Assembly (NCBI GenBank): GCA_963675665.1
Contig: OY776510.1
Span: 1,120,001-1,184,000, forward strand
Direction: 5' to 3'
Origin: Spirochaetia bacterium
GTDB taxonomy: Bacteria; Spirochaetota; Spirochaetia; UBA9216
Length of the DNA stretch: 64,000 nucleotides
Numbering within the stretch: the stretch's first letter is position 1; each line of letters starts with the position of its first letter. The translations under genes and the position numbers were made by a program. Shown here piece after piece: positions 35,789 to 46,206 of the stretch. The notes below the pieces were generated by a model. That model made no database searches and was not told where the DNA came from. It was given only the letters and a program-made list of their open reading frames with translations.

Positions 35789-36342
35789 GACTTGTAACAG
35801 ACGATTGCATACTTGTTAATATAGATTTTCAGGAAAAACTGCTTCCGCATATGATGAACAACAACGCTCTTGTGGAGAAAGTTATCAAGCTTATAAAAGG
35901 ACTGACGGCGCTTGAGGTACCGATGCTTACCACACAGCAGTATACAAAAGGGCTTGGGTATACGGATCAGAGGATTTCCGAAGCCCTGGGTTATAAAAAC
36001 CCGGAAGAATTACCCTTTATTGAAAAATCATCTTTCAGCGCAATGGATTGTCAGGAATTCCGGGACAGGCTTGATTCATCGGGTCGCAGAAATGTTATAA
36101 TCACAGGGATTGAGGGGCATGTCTGTGTTACCCAGACAATAGTTGATCTAAAGGCGGCAGGTTATAATCCTGTACCTGTTTATGACTGTATCTCATCCAG
36201 GAAGAAAGAAGATTATAAAAACGGAATCAGGCGCTGGGAACATGAAAATGCGCTTCCTGCCTGTTTTGAGACGGTTCTTTTTGAACTTTGCAGATATTCA
36301 GGTTCTTCCGTTTTTAAGGAAATTTCTGTATTAGTTAAATAG
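35785..36342 (+). CDS. Isochorismatase-family hydrolase
   Basis: IDFQEKL, TQQYTKGLG.T, EKSSFS, GIEGHVCVTQT. Confidence 0.92.
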   Translation: MRLVTDDCILVNIDFQEKLLPHMMNNNALVEKVIKLIKGLTALEVPMLTTQQYTKGLGYTDQRISEALGYKNPEELPFIEKSSFSAMDCQEFRDRLDSSGRRNVIITGIEGHVCVTQTIVDLKAAGYNPVPVYDCISSRKKEDYKNGIRRWEHENALPACFETVLFELCRYSGSSVFKEISVLVK

Positions 36343-36406
36343 AGCAGCCGCGGCAACACTGTTTGATTTTAACAATCTCAATAACTATACTTATAAAAGG
36401 CGGCTT

Positions 36407-37033
36407 ATGTACAGAATACTATGTTACGGAGATTCAAATACCTGGGGTTTCAATCCGGTAAGCGGATTAAGATTTACCGAGAAGGAACGCTGGCCTGGGG
36501 TTTTGAGAATTACACTTGGAGACGGCTTTGAGGTTCTTGAAGATGGACAGAACGGCAGGCGGATAATGGGAAGCCTTGACTTGTTTGAATCTTCTGTCCG
36601 GGAGAACGAACCTCTTGATGTAGTGATTATATTCCTGGGGATAAATGATCTTCTTTTTGAAAAAGAAACTAAAACAGGGGATCTGCTGAACGGAATCAGG
36701 GAAATGGTTTTACGACTTCGTGATAATTTCAGGGATCTTCACGGAGTTCTTCCGGAGGTAATTCTGATAGCGGCGGTTCCCATTAACTCTTCCCAGGTTG
36801 TTGACGGGCTATATGAACTGGAAGCTGAAAAGGTTTTACGTTTCAGCGAGGGTCTGAGGCAGCTTGCCGACACTGAAGGATGCGGTTTTATAGATTCCGG
36901 TAGAATTATCAGGAGTTCGGAACACGACGGTGTGCATCTGGATGCAAGCGAACACAACAGGCTCGGATTATTTATTGCCGATTATATGAGAACTTTTCTG
37001 ACCAACGGGAACCTGAACAACAGGAGCCGCTGA
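36407..37033 (+). CDS. SGNH/GDSL hydrolase
   Basis: ILCYGDSNTWG, DGQNGR, LGINDL, DGVHL. Confidence 0.93.
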   Translation: MYRILCYGDSNTWGFNPVSGLRFTEKERWPGVLRITLGDGFEVLEDGQNGRRIMGSLDLFESSVRENEPLDVVIIFLGINDLLFEKETKTGDLLNGIREMVLRLRDNFRDLHGVLPEVILIAAVPINSSQVVDGLYELEAEKVLRFSEGLRQLADTEGCGFIDSGRIIRSSEHDGVHLDASEHNRLGLFIADYMRTFLTNGNLNNRSR

Positions 37034-37045
37034 TATTTAAAACTC

Positions 37046-37969
37046 TTATTTATCAGCTGTTTTTCTTCCGACTTTCAAGAGGACCTTTTTAAAGTCTCTT
37101 GTAAATTCACTAAGCTGTTTTCGGAAGATCCTGATATTTTCTGTTTCTTCCCGGTTCACAGTTCCCCAGGTTTTTATAGCGGCCATCTGCTCTTTATATC
37201 TGGTTTCAATTCTGATAAGGCCCCGTTCAATTCGATCAAGTGTTTTAAGAGTTTCTTTCCCTTTATCGTATCCGCCGAAATCATAGGATACTATATCGTT
37301 GCCGTATCTGATTTCTCCTTTAAACGTTCTGTAAACATTCAGACCTATGCCTTTTATCATATAGGAAAGCCTGCCTTCTTTTTCAAAACGTCGCACGCTA
37401 ACCTGAATAAATGTAGTATTAAGATAACGAAGCGGTCTGAATTCCGAAGCCCGTTTGACGAGATCATTATCTTCGGCAACCTTGATTGTTTCATCAAAAC
37501 CGCCTATTCGGTTAAAAAGCCGGCGGGTAATGAAAATACAAAACCCGAACGCTTTCGGATCAACTCTCAGATTTGCAAGTATTGTCATGTTTATTAACTT
37601 GTGAATAATACGGTCCAGCTGGATATCGGAAAGAGGTTTGATCGCACAGGTTGCAACGTCGATATATCTCTCCTGCATTTCATTATACAGATTTTTAAGA
37701 AAATGTTTCGGCAGAATGACATCTGCATCAAGAAAGACGAGGATTTCCCCGGTTGCAGCCCTGGCGCCGTTGTTGCGGCCTGTTCCCGGCATCCCCCCCC
37801 TGACAATTCCGGCGCCGTATTCAGCAGCAATCTCCCTTGTTTTGTCGGTTGATTCGGCATCTGCGACTATAACCTCATATCCATCGAAATCCTGCTTTTT
37901 TATACTCTTAAGCAATTCAGGCAGAAGCTTTTCTTCGTTCTTTGTCGGAATTATAATACTAATCTTCAT
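37046..37969 (-). CDS. Family 2 glycosyltransferase
   Basis: ISIIIPTKNEE, VADAESTD, RNNGA, FLDADV, GGFDE...AED. Confidence 0.93.
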   Translation of the reverse strand: MKISIIIPTKNEEKLLPELLKSIKKQDFDGYEVIVADAESTDKTREIAAEYGAGIVRGGMPGTGRNNGARAATGEILVFLDADVILPKHFLKNLYNEMQERYIDVATCAIKPLSDIQLDRIIHKLINMTILANLRVDPKAFGFCIFITRRLFNRIGGFDETIKVAEDNDLVKRASEFRPLRYLNTTFIQVSVRRFEKEGRLSYMIKGIGLNVYRTFKGEIRYGNDIVSYDFGGYDKGKETLKTLDRIERGLIRIETRYKEQMAAIKTWGTVNREETENIRIFRKQLSEFTRDFKKVLLKVGRKTADK

Positions 37970-37988
37970 ACCGGGTATTATATTCTTC

Positions 37989-39629
37989 TTATAAGCTTAT
38001 CTCAATATATCTCCTGTCTGAATATCGAAACAGTTTCGGAAGCAGGATAAAATCGATTATTGCAGCCGTAGCCGCAGCGGCAAACCCCGACAGCAGGATA
38101 TTACCGCTGATAAAATAAAGTCCGGCGGAAGGAAGCATTACGCCGGCAAGCGTTAATATTCCGAAGCCCATTCCGGTAAGCACGTTCATATTCTGTTTCA
38201 TTGCTTGCTGGGGATGCGTCCAGTTCAGAACAGGGCGAGACAGGTCGATATGAATTCCGGTAATAAAACCCAGCAGGATAACTGCAGGACCGGCCGGAAC
38301 AAGGTAAAACAGGTTAATCGCCGGAATATCCAGAATCAGCATCAATATTACCAGGTTAAGAAACCACGATGAAACAAACAGGATTAAATGAAAATACATT
38401 TTAGCCCGTATTTGCATGCTTCCGTTGATCGGAAGGTTTTTGCTGACGGTAAAGCTGGTTCCTTCGCGGGAAATCGAGGTGCACGATATTGAGTTAATCG
38501 AGCTCATCAATATCAGCAATCCGAGAATTGCAAGCGGCAGGAACGTAACAGAACCGGTGAATTCATTTATTACGTCAAGCATCTCGCCGGGGACTGAAAA
38601 ATAGAATACGGTGAGCATTATGGGAAGAATAACGACTTCTCCGGCAATTTCGATCAAAAATGCGGAATTGCTTCTGAGCACAGCAAGTTCCCTTCGAAGA
38701 AGCGCCCCGGTACGACTGCGTCCGGCAGCCGGGATTAGCCCGGAGTCAGTTTTTTTTCTTTTCCTGGAAGGCTGTTTCTCCGTAGTTGAGCTGAAGTCGA
38801 TTTTAATTCTCTTCAGTAAAAAAAATGCAATCAACACAGTGGACGCCGAAAAGACGACTGCAGGCAGAACCCATACTGCATGGCTGGCGGCGAATCCGAA
38901 GGCAAACCAGGATGAAGCAAAGAATATCTTTTCAAGAATGCCGGTGTACCTGGTCAGTACTGAGGCAACTGCGGAAAAATCACCCCCTGTTATCATCGCG
39001 CGGGTGAACGAAAGCTGCAGCAGGGCGGCAATAATTAATGCTCCCAGCATTCCCGCCATTTCAAAAAAAGTACGCCGCCCGCTTATTTTTCCTATCACTG
39101 CAAGAAGAGAAGCTGCAAGCAGCGCAAGTACTGTCGGGAATAAAGGAGCAAAAAGGCATGTCAGGATCAGGCTGATCCATGCTGAAGGACTGCCTGCCGC
39201 CGGAATATAGACAACCGCCGCCGGGATTGTAATTGCAAGATGGACGGGAAGAACAAACAAGTAAACCAGAAAAACCCTTGAAAAGATTATATCGGCCGTC
39301 GAAACCGGCAGGGAAGCGACAAGGATATTATCTTTCGAATAAAATATGTTTGAAAGGCACAATGGTGTTCCGATAAAAAAAACCAGAAGGCCGCTGATAA
39401 TTCCGGAAAACAGAAATACTATTTCCGGTCTTCCCATATTAATCCCGATTGAGAACAGTCCCTGGTAGTTCATGTAAAGCATGAATAAAAAGAACCCGGC
39501 GGCTGCAATTATACCGACGCCTGCAACCGGTAATATCCAGAGCCGGTCCCGCTCATAGAGATCTTTCAGGTAGGCTTTAGTAAGAATCGACGATTTTAGT
39601 CTGGCTTTAAGAAGGGTAAATGCTTTCAT
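37989..39629 (-). CDS. ABC-2 type exporter permease
   Basis: Many TM helices, YSKD...SLPV, SISREG, P.LNW..PQQA.KQN; overlaps the ATPase stop. Confidence 0.85.
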   Translation of the reverse strand: MKAFTLLKARLKSSILTKAYLKDLYERDRLWILPVAGVGIIAAAGFFLFMLYMNYQGLFSIGINMGRPEIVFLFSGIISGLLVFFIGTPLCLSNIFYSKDNILVASLPVSTADIIFSRVFLVYLFVLPVHLAITIPAAVVYIPAAGSPSAWISLILTCLFAPLFPTVLALLAASLLAVIGKISGRRTFFEMAGMLGALIIAALLQLSFTRAMITGGDFSAVASVLTRYTGILEKIFFASSWFAFGFAASHAVWVLPAVVFSASTVLIAFFLLKRIKIDFSSTTEKQPSRKRKKTDSGLIPAAGRSRTGALLRRELAVLRSNSAFLIEIAGEVVILPIMLTVFYFSVPGEMLDVINEFTGSVTFLPLAILGLLILMSSINSISCTSISREGTSFTVSKNLPINGSMQIRAKMYFHLILFVSSWFLNLVILMLILDIPAINLFYLVPAGPAVILLGFITGIHIDLSRPVLNWTHPQQAMKQNMNVLTGMGFGILTLAGVMLPSAGLYFISGNILLSGFAAAATAAIIDFILLPKLFRYSDRRYIEISL

Positions 39630-40375
39630 TTATTTGCTCCCGATGTGAGTTCAAGAAACAGTTTCTCAAGAGAGTTGTCTTCGTCGGATCCGTTTTTAGA
39701 ACGGTTTGCTTCTCTGATGTTTTCCAGCCGGCCGCATGCTATTATGTTTCCGCGGTTGATTATTGCCACCTCATCACAGATCTTTTCCGCAACTTCCATA
39801 ACATGGGTGGAAAAGAAGACAGTTTTCCCTTCGTCGCAGAGCAGGCGCATTCTTTTTTTAAGGGCAAACGCCGACTGCGGATCAAGTCCGGACATCGGTT
39901 CGTCCAAAATGAAAATTTCCGGCCGGTGCATCAGCGCGACCGTGATTGAGAGTTTCTGCTTCATCCCGTGGCTGTATGAGGAAATTGAATCGGCAAGTTT
40001 GTCCGCTATACCGAAATCCGCGGCGAGTTTTTCGGCAAAATTTCTGGTTGCATTGTCCGCTTCATAAATATCGGCTATAAAACCGATAAATTCGCCGCCG
40101 CTCATCTTTTCATAGAATACCGGTTCGTCGGGAACGTATCCTGTAATCCGTTTGGCCTGTACGGGATTCTTTATCATATCAATGCCGCACATCTCTATTC
40201 TGCCTTCATCCGGAGGAAGGATTCCTGTCAGCATTTTTATTGTTGTTGATTTTCCTGCGCCGTTCGGCCCGAGAAAACCGAAAATCTTACCCGGTTCAAC
40301 AGTAAGCGTCAGATTATCAACCGCTTTGATCTTGTTGTCCCTGTAGGTTTTTGAAACACCGTTGATATATATCAT
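39626..40375 (-). CDS. ABC transporter ATP-binding protein
   Basis: GPNGAGKST, YSHGMKQK, ILDEPMSGLD, STH. Confidence 0.96.
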   Translation of the reverse strand: MIYINGVSKTYRDNKIKAVDNLTLTVEPGKIFGFLGPNGAGKSTTIKMLTGILPPDEGRIEMCGIDMIKNPVQAKRITGYVPDEPVFYEKMSGGEFIGFIADIYEADNATRNFAEKLAADFGIADKLADSISSYSHGMKQKLSITVALMHRPEIFILDEPMSGLDPQSAFALKKRMRLLCDEGKTVFFSTHVMEVAEKICDEVAIINRGNIIACGRLENIREANRSKNGSDEDNSLEKLFLELTSGANK

Positions 40376-40497
40376 TTATTTTCTCCTGTCTGATGACTAC
40401 AAATACACTCAGGAAAGTTTTTTATTCACAGCCCGACGGAAAAAAGGTATAATTTGCGCGGTTTGAAGAAGAACCGCATTTAACAAAGGAGCAATAC

Positions 40498-41730
40498 TTG
40501 AAATTTCTGCATACATCGGACTGGCATCTCGGGGCAAAACTTGGAGAATATTCCAGGATGGATGAACAGAGGGCAGTTTTAAAGGAAATACGGGAAACTG
40601 CAGCAGCGGAAGAAACTGATTTTATAATTATTGCGGGGGATGTTTTTGATAATTTTAATCCTTCGAACGAAGCTGTTGAGCTTCTGTACCGTGAATTAAA
40701 AAAAATGGCGGACGGAGGCAACCGACCGGTTATAGTAATTGCCGGAAATCACGACTCTCCCGACAGAATCGAAGCTCCTGATCCGCTTGCAGCCGAATGC
40801 GGAATTTTTTTTATCGGCTACCCGGACTTTACCCGCAGCGAAATCGTTCTTGAGAATAACCTTCGTGTATGTTTTCCGGAAAAAGGTCTTGTAACAATAG
40901 ATTTCCGTGGAAAACCCCAGATCAGAATTCTGATAACACCCTATGCCAACGAAAACAGGTTGAAAAAGTATCTGGATGAAGGCAACAGGGAGGAGCTTCT
41001 TTCGGAACTGCTCGCCGGAAACTGGAAACGGCTTGCCGATACCTATTGTGATGAAAACGGCATTAATATTCTGACGGCACACCTGTTTATGGCTGATTCT
41101 TCAACGGCTTTGCCGTCCGAACCCGATGAGGAGCGGAGTATCCTGCATCCGGGCGGGCTTGAACTGATAAGCGCGGATCTGGTTCCGGGAGCAATTCAGT
41201 ATACGGCGCTGGGGCATCTTCATCGTCCGCAGACTGTAAAAAAGGGCGATTCTCCCGCAGTGTACGCAGGCAGCCCGATTGCATTCGGATTGAGCGAGGA
41301 GAACCAGCAGAAATCCGTAGTGATTGTTGAAGCCGGACCCGGCGAGCCTGCAGAATACAGGTTTGTACCTCTTTGCAGCGGAAGGAAGATCCTGCGTAAA
41401 AGGTTCGGCGTTATCGATGAGGCCACGGCCTGGCTTGACAAGAATCCCGGTTGCTATGTGGAGCTTCAGATTGAATGTGATAAATACATCAGCGCTGCTG
41501 ATCGGAAAAGGCTCTATCAGGCTCACGACGGAATAACAGCTGTTATACCGATAAGCCGGGCCGATTTACGTCAAAACCAGGACGGAACCGAAGGATCCAA
41601 TATTCCTGATCTGAGCGAATCAATGGAAAAGCTTTTTAAATCATATTTTGAGTATGCGAAGGGGGTTTCTCCCGATGAGCAGATTATGGAACTTTTCAGG
41701 GAGTTGACTGCTGCCGGGGGCGAAGAATGA
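40498..41730 (+). CDS. sbcD: Exonuclease SbcCD nuclease subunit
   Basis: LHTSDWHLG, AGDVFD, AGNHDS, YTALGHLH; TTG start after an AAGGAG SD. Confidence 0.95.
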   Translation: MKFLHTSDWHLGAKLGEYSRMDEQRAVLKEIRETAAAEETDFIIIAGDVFDNFNPSNEAVELLYRELKKMADGGNRPVIVIAGNHDSPDRIEAPDPLAAECGIFFIGYPDFTRSEIVLENNLRVCFPEKGLVTIDFRGKPQIRILITPYANENRLKKYLDEGNREELLSELLAGNWKRLADTYCDENGINILTAHLFMADSSTALPSEPDEERSILHPGGLELISADLVPGAIQYTALGHLHRPQTVKKGDSPAVYAGSPIAFGLSEENQQKSVVIVEAGPGEPAEYRFVPLCSGRKILRKRFGVIDEATAWLDKNPGCYVELQIECDKYISAADRKRLYQAHDGITAVIPISRADLRQNQDGTEGSNIPDLSESMEKLFKSYFEYAKGVSPDEQIMELFRELTAAGGEE

Positions 41731-44700
41731 TTCCGGAGAAACTTATTATAGAGGGCTTGTACTCATATAAGAAAAAGACTGAAATTGATTTTTCCACTCT
41801 GTGCAAAGCGGACCTTTTCGGAATATTTGGAAATGTCGGAAGCGGGAAATCGGCCATACTTGAAGCGGTAACATATGTGCTCTACGGCAGAATCGAGAGG
41901 CTTCCCGGAAAGATGATGAATTATAACCTGATGAATCTTTCCTCGGACATAATGCATATTGATTTTATTTTCAGAAACAGGGAGAAAAGATACCGGTTTA
42001 CCTTTGACGCCAAACGGAACAAAAAGGATTTTAACAAAATCGAGACTCCGAAAAGAAGCGGATATGCTGATGACAATGGAAAATGGGTGCCGCTTTTTGA
42101 CAAGGACCATGTTGTATCGGCGGAAGAAATTATCGGTCTGAACTATGATAATTTCAGACGGACGATTATTGTTCCGCAGGGCCGGTTTCAGGAGTTTCTG
42201 CACCTGGAGAAGGCAAAACGCACTGAAATGCTTATGGAGCTTTTCAACCTCGGCCGCTTTGATTTGTATGCCGCAGCTTCCGGTCTCGGAACGCGGAATT
42301 CCGAGCTTGCGGCAGCTGCAGAGGGTGAACTGAGAGGGCTTGAGAATGCAACGAAAGAAGAAATGGATTCCGCCGAAAAAGAAGCGGCAACCATTGAGAA
42401 ACGTATAGCCGAGTTAAGCGGCAGTCTTGATTCAGGCCGCCTCAGGCTGAGAGAGTTTGAAGAGCTGTCGGCGCTGACGGTGGAAAAGCGATCGGCGGAA
42501 GAGGAACTGGTATCAATGACGAAAGAAGTTCCTGTATTCGGGGAACGCAGACGGGCCCTGATTGTTTTTGAGGACTGCCGCAGCCGTTTTAAATCATTGC
42601 TGGAGATACACAGTATGATAAGTACGGAACAGAAGCAGGTTGCCGGGCAGTTTGAAACGGCTTCGCTGAAGGTTGAAAGCGGAAAGCTGGCTCTGAGAGA
42701 AGCCGAATCTTCTTTTGCCGATATAGAAGGCGAATATAAAAATATTGATAAAACCCTAAAGCAAATTGACTGGTTAAGCGAGCTTGCCGGGTTGAAGCAC
42801 GATCGCGACAGGGCTTCCGGGCTTGTCGGCCTGATTGCGGATGCAGAGAGCAAGTCGGAACGTTTGAAGCTGAAAGACGAGCAGTACGCGGCAGAACTTG
42901 AAAATGTGAAATCAGATATCGGGAAGATTGAATCAGGCGGCACTGATCTTGAAATGATGAATATGCTGTCAAACCTTTATACAGAACTGGACGGCTGCGA
43001 AAAAGCGATACGCGGGGAAGCCGCGTTTCTTGAAGAGATTGAAGCTGAGTCGGCGGAGATAATTAAAAAGCTGTCGGAATTCGAAGAACCGGATAGTTTG
43101 GAAAAAAGGATCGAAGAAAAAGAGCAATACTGCCGGGCGATGAGAGTGGATGCGGAAGTCCTGAAAGGGATTGGAAAGCTGTCGGCCGGACTTGAAAAAG
43201 GAAAACCCTGCCCCGTCTGCGGTTCAACAGAGCATCCGGCTCCGGCGAAAACGGAAATAATCAGTGATGAGGAACTACAGAAAGAGGAAGCTTTTGTTGA
43301 AACTGAAAAAAAGAAGCTGAAAGAATTAAAAGAACTATCTGCACGGCTTCAGGCGGAATGTTCATCATATGAAAAAAGGAAAACCGAAACCGGAAAAAAA
43401 CTTGCAGCCCTCCAGCAGGAGAAAGAAGGCATTATTGAGAAATTCCCTGAAGGACGGTTCGGTCCGGGCAAAGCTGATGATTTCAGGAACGAATATAATG
43501 TATTTATCAGCAACAGAAAGAACCTTGAGGTGCTGCAGGGCAAAGCAGATTCCTGCTATACCGAAATGAAACAGCTTGCCGGAGAGATAAAACAGAGTAA
43601 TGATGAGATCTCCGCGCTTAAACTGGAGCTTGCAACTGTATCAGCAAGGATTTCCGGCATTGAAAATCGAGTTGATAAGGGTTTTCTTGACGACAACAGG
43701 GAACGGTCCTCCGCAGAACTTGAAAACGAATCCCGTCGGCTTAAGGTCAGGGTTGACTCTGTTAAAAGCGGCTATGATGCAGCTGTTGCAGCTTCAAAAA
43801 AAGCTGCTGTACAGAACGAGAAGAACCTCGCCGAGTACAGCCTTCTTGAAAAAAGAAAGGATGAACTGGGACAAAAAACGGAATCGCTCTCGGCTGAATT
43901 GCAGCAGGTTCTGGCAGCTTCGAGCTTTAAAAATCTCGAAGAGGTCTCCGCCGTTCTGGCGCAAAAAATTGATCCTGAAAAAGAAAGGGCTGAAATTGAG
44001 AGTTTCGAAAGGAAGGTAAGCGAAGTGAATAACCGTCTTGAAAATATCGGAAAACGATTAAAAGGACGGACATACGACGCAGAGGCGCATGAGATTGAAA
44101 CCGGGAAAACCGACGAAATAAAAGCGGAAGCGGATAATGCTGTCGGCAGACTCGGCGAACTGAAAAACAGAATAGGGGATCTGGGTAAGAGGCTGGACAG
44201 GAAAACCGTACTTCAGAAAGAATTGGACTTGTTAAAACTGCGCGGAGAAAACATCAGTGTTTTAAAGAATCTGTTCAAGGGAAAGAAATTTATTGATTAC
44301 GCGGCTACAATCTATCTTAAAGAACTCTGCGAAGCCGCAAACTCCCGATTTAGAAGGCTTACCAGAGAGTCTCTGCGGCTGGAACTGGACGAGACGAACA
44401 ATTTCATTATCAGGGATTATCTGAATGAAGGACGTACCCGATCTGTAAAAACTCTATCCGGCGGTCAAACGTTTCAGGCTGCTTTTTCATTGTCGCTGTC
44501 GCTTGCGGACAGTATCGGACGGGAAAGATCCGGATTCTTTTTTCTCGACGAAGGGTTTGGTTCGCTTGATCGGGAGTCGCTTGAACTTGTTTTCGACAGT
44601 CTTAAATCGCTGAAGAAAGAAGAACGGACGGTCGGAATAATATCCCATGTTGAAGAGCTCAAACAGGAAATTGATACCTTTATAAGCGTCAGGCGCGATA

Positions 44701-44738
44701 ATGATGAAGGCAGTATAATAACGGAAAGCTGGAGGTGA
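41727..44738 (+). CDS. sbcC: Exonuclease SbcCD SMC-like ATPase subunit
   Basis: Walker A GNVGSGKS, PQGRF, CPVCGS zinc hook, LSGGQ, FLDEGFGSLD, IISH. Confidence 0.95.
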   Translation: MIPEKLIIEGLYSYKKKTEIDFSTLCKADLFGIFGNVGSGKSAILEAVTYVLYGRIERLPGKMMNYNLMNLSSDIMHIDFIFRNREKRYRFTFDAKRNKKDFNKIETPKRSGYADDNGKWVPLFDKDHVVSAEEIIGLNYDNFRRTIIVPQGRFQEFLHLEKAKRTEMLMELFNLGRFDLYAAASGLGTRNSELAAAAEGELRGLENATKEEMDSAEKEAATIEKRIAELSGSLDSGRLRLREFEELSALTVEKRSAEEELVSMTKEVPVFGERRRALIVFEDCRSRFKSLLEIHSMISTEQKQVAGQFETASLKVESGKLALREAESSFADIEGEYKNIDKTLKQIDWLSELAGLKHDRDRASGLVGLIADAESKSERLKLKDEQYAAELENVKSDIGKIESGGTDLEMMNMLSNLYTELDGCEKAIRGEAAFLEEIEAESAEIIKKLSEFEEPDSLEKRIEEKEQYCRAMRVDAEVLKGIGKLSAGLEKGKPCPVCGSTEHPAPAKTEIISDEELQKEEAFVETEKKKLKELKELSARLQAECSSYEKRKTETGKKLAALQQEKEGIIEKFPEGRFGPGKADDFRNEYNVFISNRKNLEVLQGKADSCYTEMKQLAGEIKQSNDEISALKLELATVSARISGIENRVDKGFLDDNRERSSAELENESRRLKVRVDSVKSGYDAAVAASKKAAVQNEKNLAEYSLLEKRKDELGQKTESLSAELQQVLAASSFKNLEEVSAVLAQKIDPEKERAEIESFERKVSEVNNRLENIGKRLKGRTYDAEAHEIETGKTDEIKAEADNAVGRLGELKNRIGDLGKRLDRKTVLQKELDLLKLRGENISVLKNLFKGKKFIDYAATIYLKELCEAANSRFRRLTRESLRLELDETNNFIIRDYLNEGRTRSVKTLSGGQTFQAAFSLSLSLADSIGRERSGFFFLDEGFGSLDRESLELVFDSLKSLKKEERTVGIISHVEELKQEIDTFISVRRDNDEGSIITESWR

Positions 44739-44740
44739 GG

Positions 44741-45163
44741 ATGCACCAGGATGAAGGGCATTATGCGGGAAAACACCCGGATGGAACAGGGCTTAATGAG
44801 GCTGCGGCTGCAGCGGCGGGAAAGCGTATAAAAAACGGACGGATAAGCTGCAGGGCTGCGCATGAAGCGGCGGAAGAAGCCGGTGTCAGCCCGGCAGTGT
44901 TGGGACAGACGCTGGATCTGCTTGAAGTCAGAATAATCGGCTGTCAACTTGGTTTGTTCGGAAATAAAGGCGAAGGTGCGAAACCGGCAGAAAACACTTT
45001 AAACTTGCCGGAAGAAATTAAATCTGCCGCTGATGAAAACGGAATAAGCTGTCTTGGCTTGTGGAAGGCTGCAGAGCGCTCAGGTCGAAGCAAGGCAGAT
45101 GCAGCCGCAATCTGCAACGCCAACGAAATAAAGATTCATACATGTCAGCTTGGAGCTTTTTAG
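44741..45163 (+). CDS. Hypothetical protein with two tandem Cys-containing helical repeats (ISC...CQLGxF)
   Basis: GGAGGTGAGG SD; internal duplication GRISCRAA...CQLGLF / NGISCLGL...CQLGAF. Confidence 0.75.
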   Translation: MHQDEGHYAGKHPDGTGLNEAAAAAAGKRIKNGRISCRAAHEAAEEAGVSPAVLGQTLDLLEVRIIGCQLGLFGNKGEGAKPAENTLNLPEEIKSAADENGISCLGLWKAAERSGRSKADAAAICNANEIKIHTCQLGAF

Positions 45164-45178
45164 TTGAAAAAATGCAGG

Positions 45179-46126
45179 CTATAAGGTTTTGTTTTTAAAA
45201 TTGGTCAGGCTGTAGGCAAAGTCCTTGAATATGGTTTTATCAAGTTTGCCCTGATCAACATCTTTTTTTATCAGCTCAAGTGCATTAATAGGACTTAATG
45301 CTGTCCGGTAAGGTCTGTCATCATTTGTGATTGCCTCATAGCAGTCGATTATTGCCAGAACCCTGCCCGAATAAGAGATATCACTTGTTCCCTTCGGGTA
45401 ACCTGATCCGTCAAGTTTTTCGTGATGTTCAATGCTGCCCAGAGCTGCCTCGCTGATTTCGTCTTCCTCATACAGGCTGAGAATTTCATAGCCTATGGTG
45501 GTATGGGATTTTATTTTTTCGAATTCTTCATCTGAAAGTCTTCTTGAAGCCTTAAGTATATACGACGGAATCTCTGTTTTTCCTACATCGTGAAGCAGGG
45601 CGGAAAGACCGAGTTGTTTGGTTTCCTTTTCAGACAGCGAAACGTAATAACAATATCCTATTGTTAAGGCCATTACGTTTATGGAATGAAGCGCTGTTGT
45701 ATAATCATTAAAGGAAATCTTTGCAAAGTTTTTAATAACGCTGGGTTTCAGCGAAAAACCGTCAACCAGTTGATCGACAGTCTGCGGGACCTTGTTCAGC
45801 CCGCCTGCTCTTGGAGCGGAAAGAGTTTCTTCAACGAGATCTATAAGAGAGGTTTTGATGTCTGAGATATCGGCTTTTGTAATATTCTTTTTAAGTTCTT
45901 CATTAAAACCGTGTTGTGCCGCTTCGATACTTTCCAGCCGGTTCTCAGGATGGATGAAATATTCATCGATTGAGAATTTCTTTTCAAGGCTTTCATGAGA
46001 AAAAGACATTCCGGCCGGTTTGTACAGCGCTATGTTTCCTGAAGGTGTCCGGTAATATAGCGGGATATCATTATAAAAATGAAGATGAGATTTCCTAGCC
46101 CGAATCCATTTGCCGTTAGTGGACAT
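45179..46126 (-). CDS. HD-GYP domain phosphodiesterase
   Basis: HSINV, ALLHDVGK, HHEKLDGSGYP, IIDCYEAIT..RPYR. Confidence 0.94.
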   Translation of the reverse strand: MSTNGKWIRARKSHLHFYNDIPLYYRTPSGNIALYKPAGMSFSHESLEKKFSIDEYFIHPENRLESIEAAQHGFNEELKKNITKADISDIKTSLIDLVEETLSAPRAGGLNKVPQTVDQLVDGFSLKPSVIKNFAKISFNDYTTALHSINVMALTIGYCYYVSLSEKETKQLGLSALLHDVGKTEIPSYILKASRRLSDEEFEKIKSHTTIGYEILSLYEEDEISEAALGSIEHHEKLDGSGYPKGTSDISYSGRVLAIIDCYEAITNDDRPYRTALSPINALELIKKDVDQGKLDKTIFKDFAYSLTNFKNKTL

Positions 46127-46206
46127 CGTTTTCTACTCCTGCCGGGAAGTTATTAACAATGATAACAATGTTACAAACAAAAACAGAATTATTATTAAAT
46201 TCATAT

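Noticed and set aside
40498-44738. SbcCD read as an SMC-based defence system (Wadjet/Lamassu)
   Set aside because: Canonical sbcD-sbcC with a zinc hook; no JetA/B/D or effector genes
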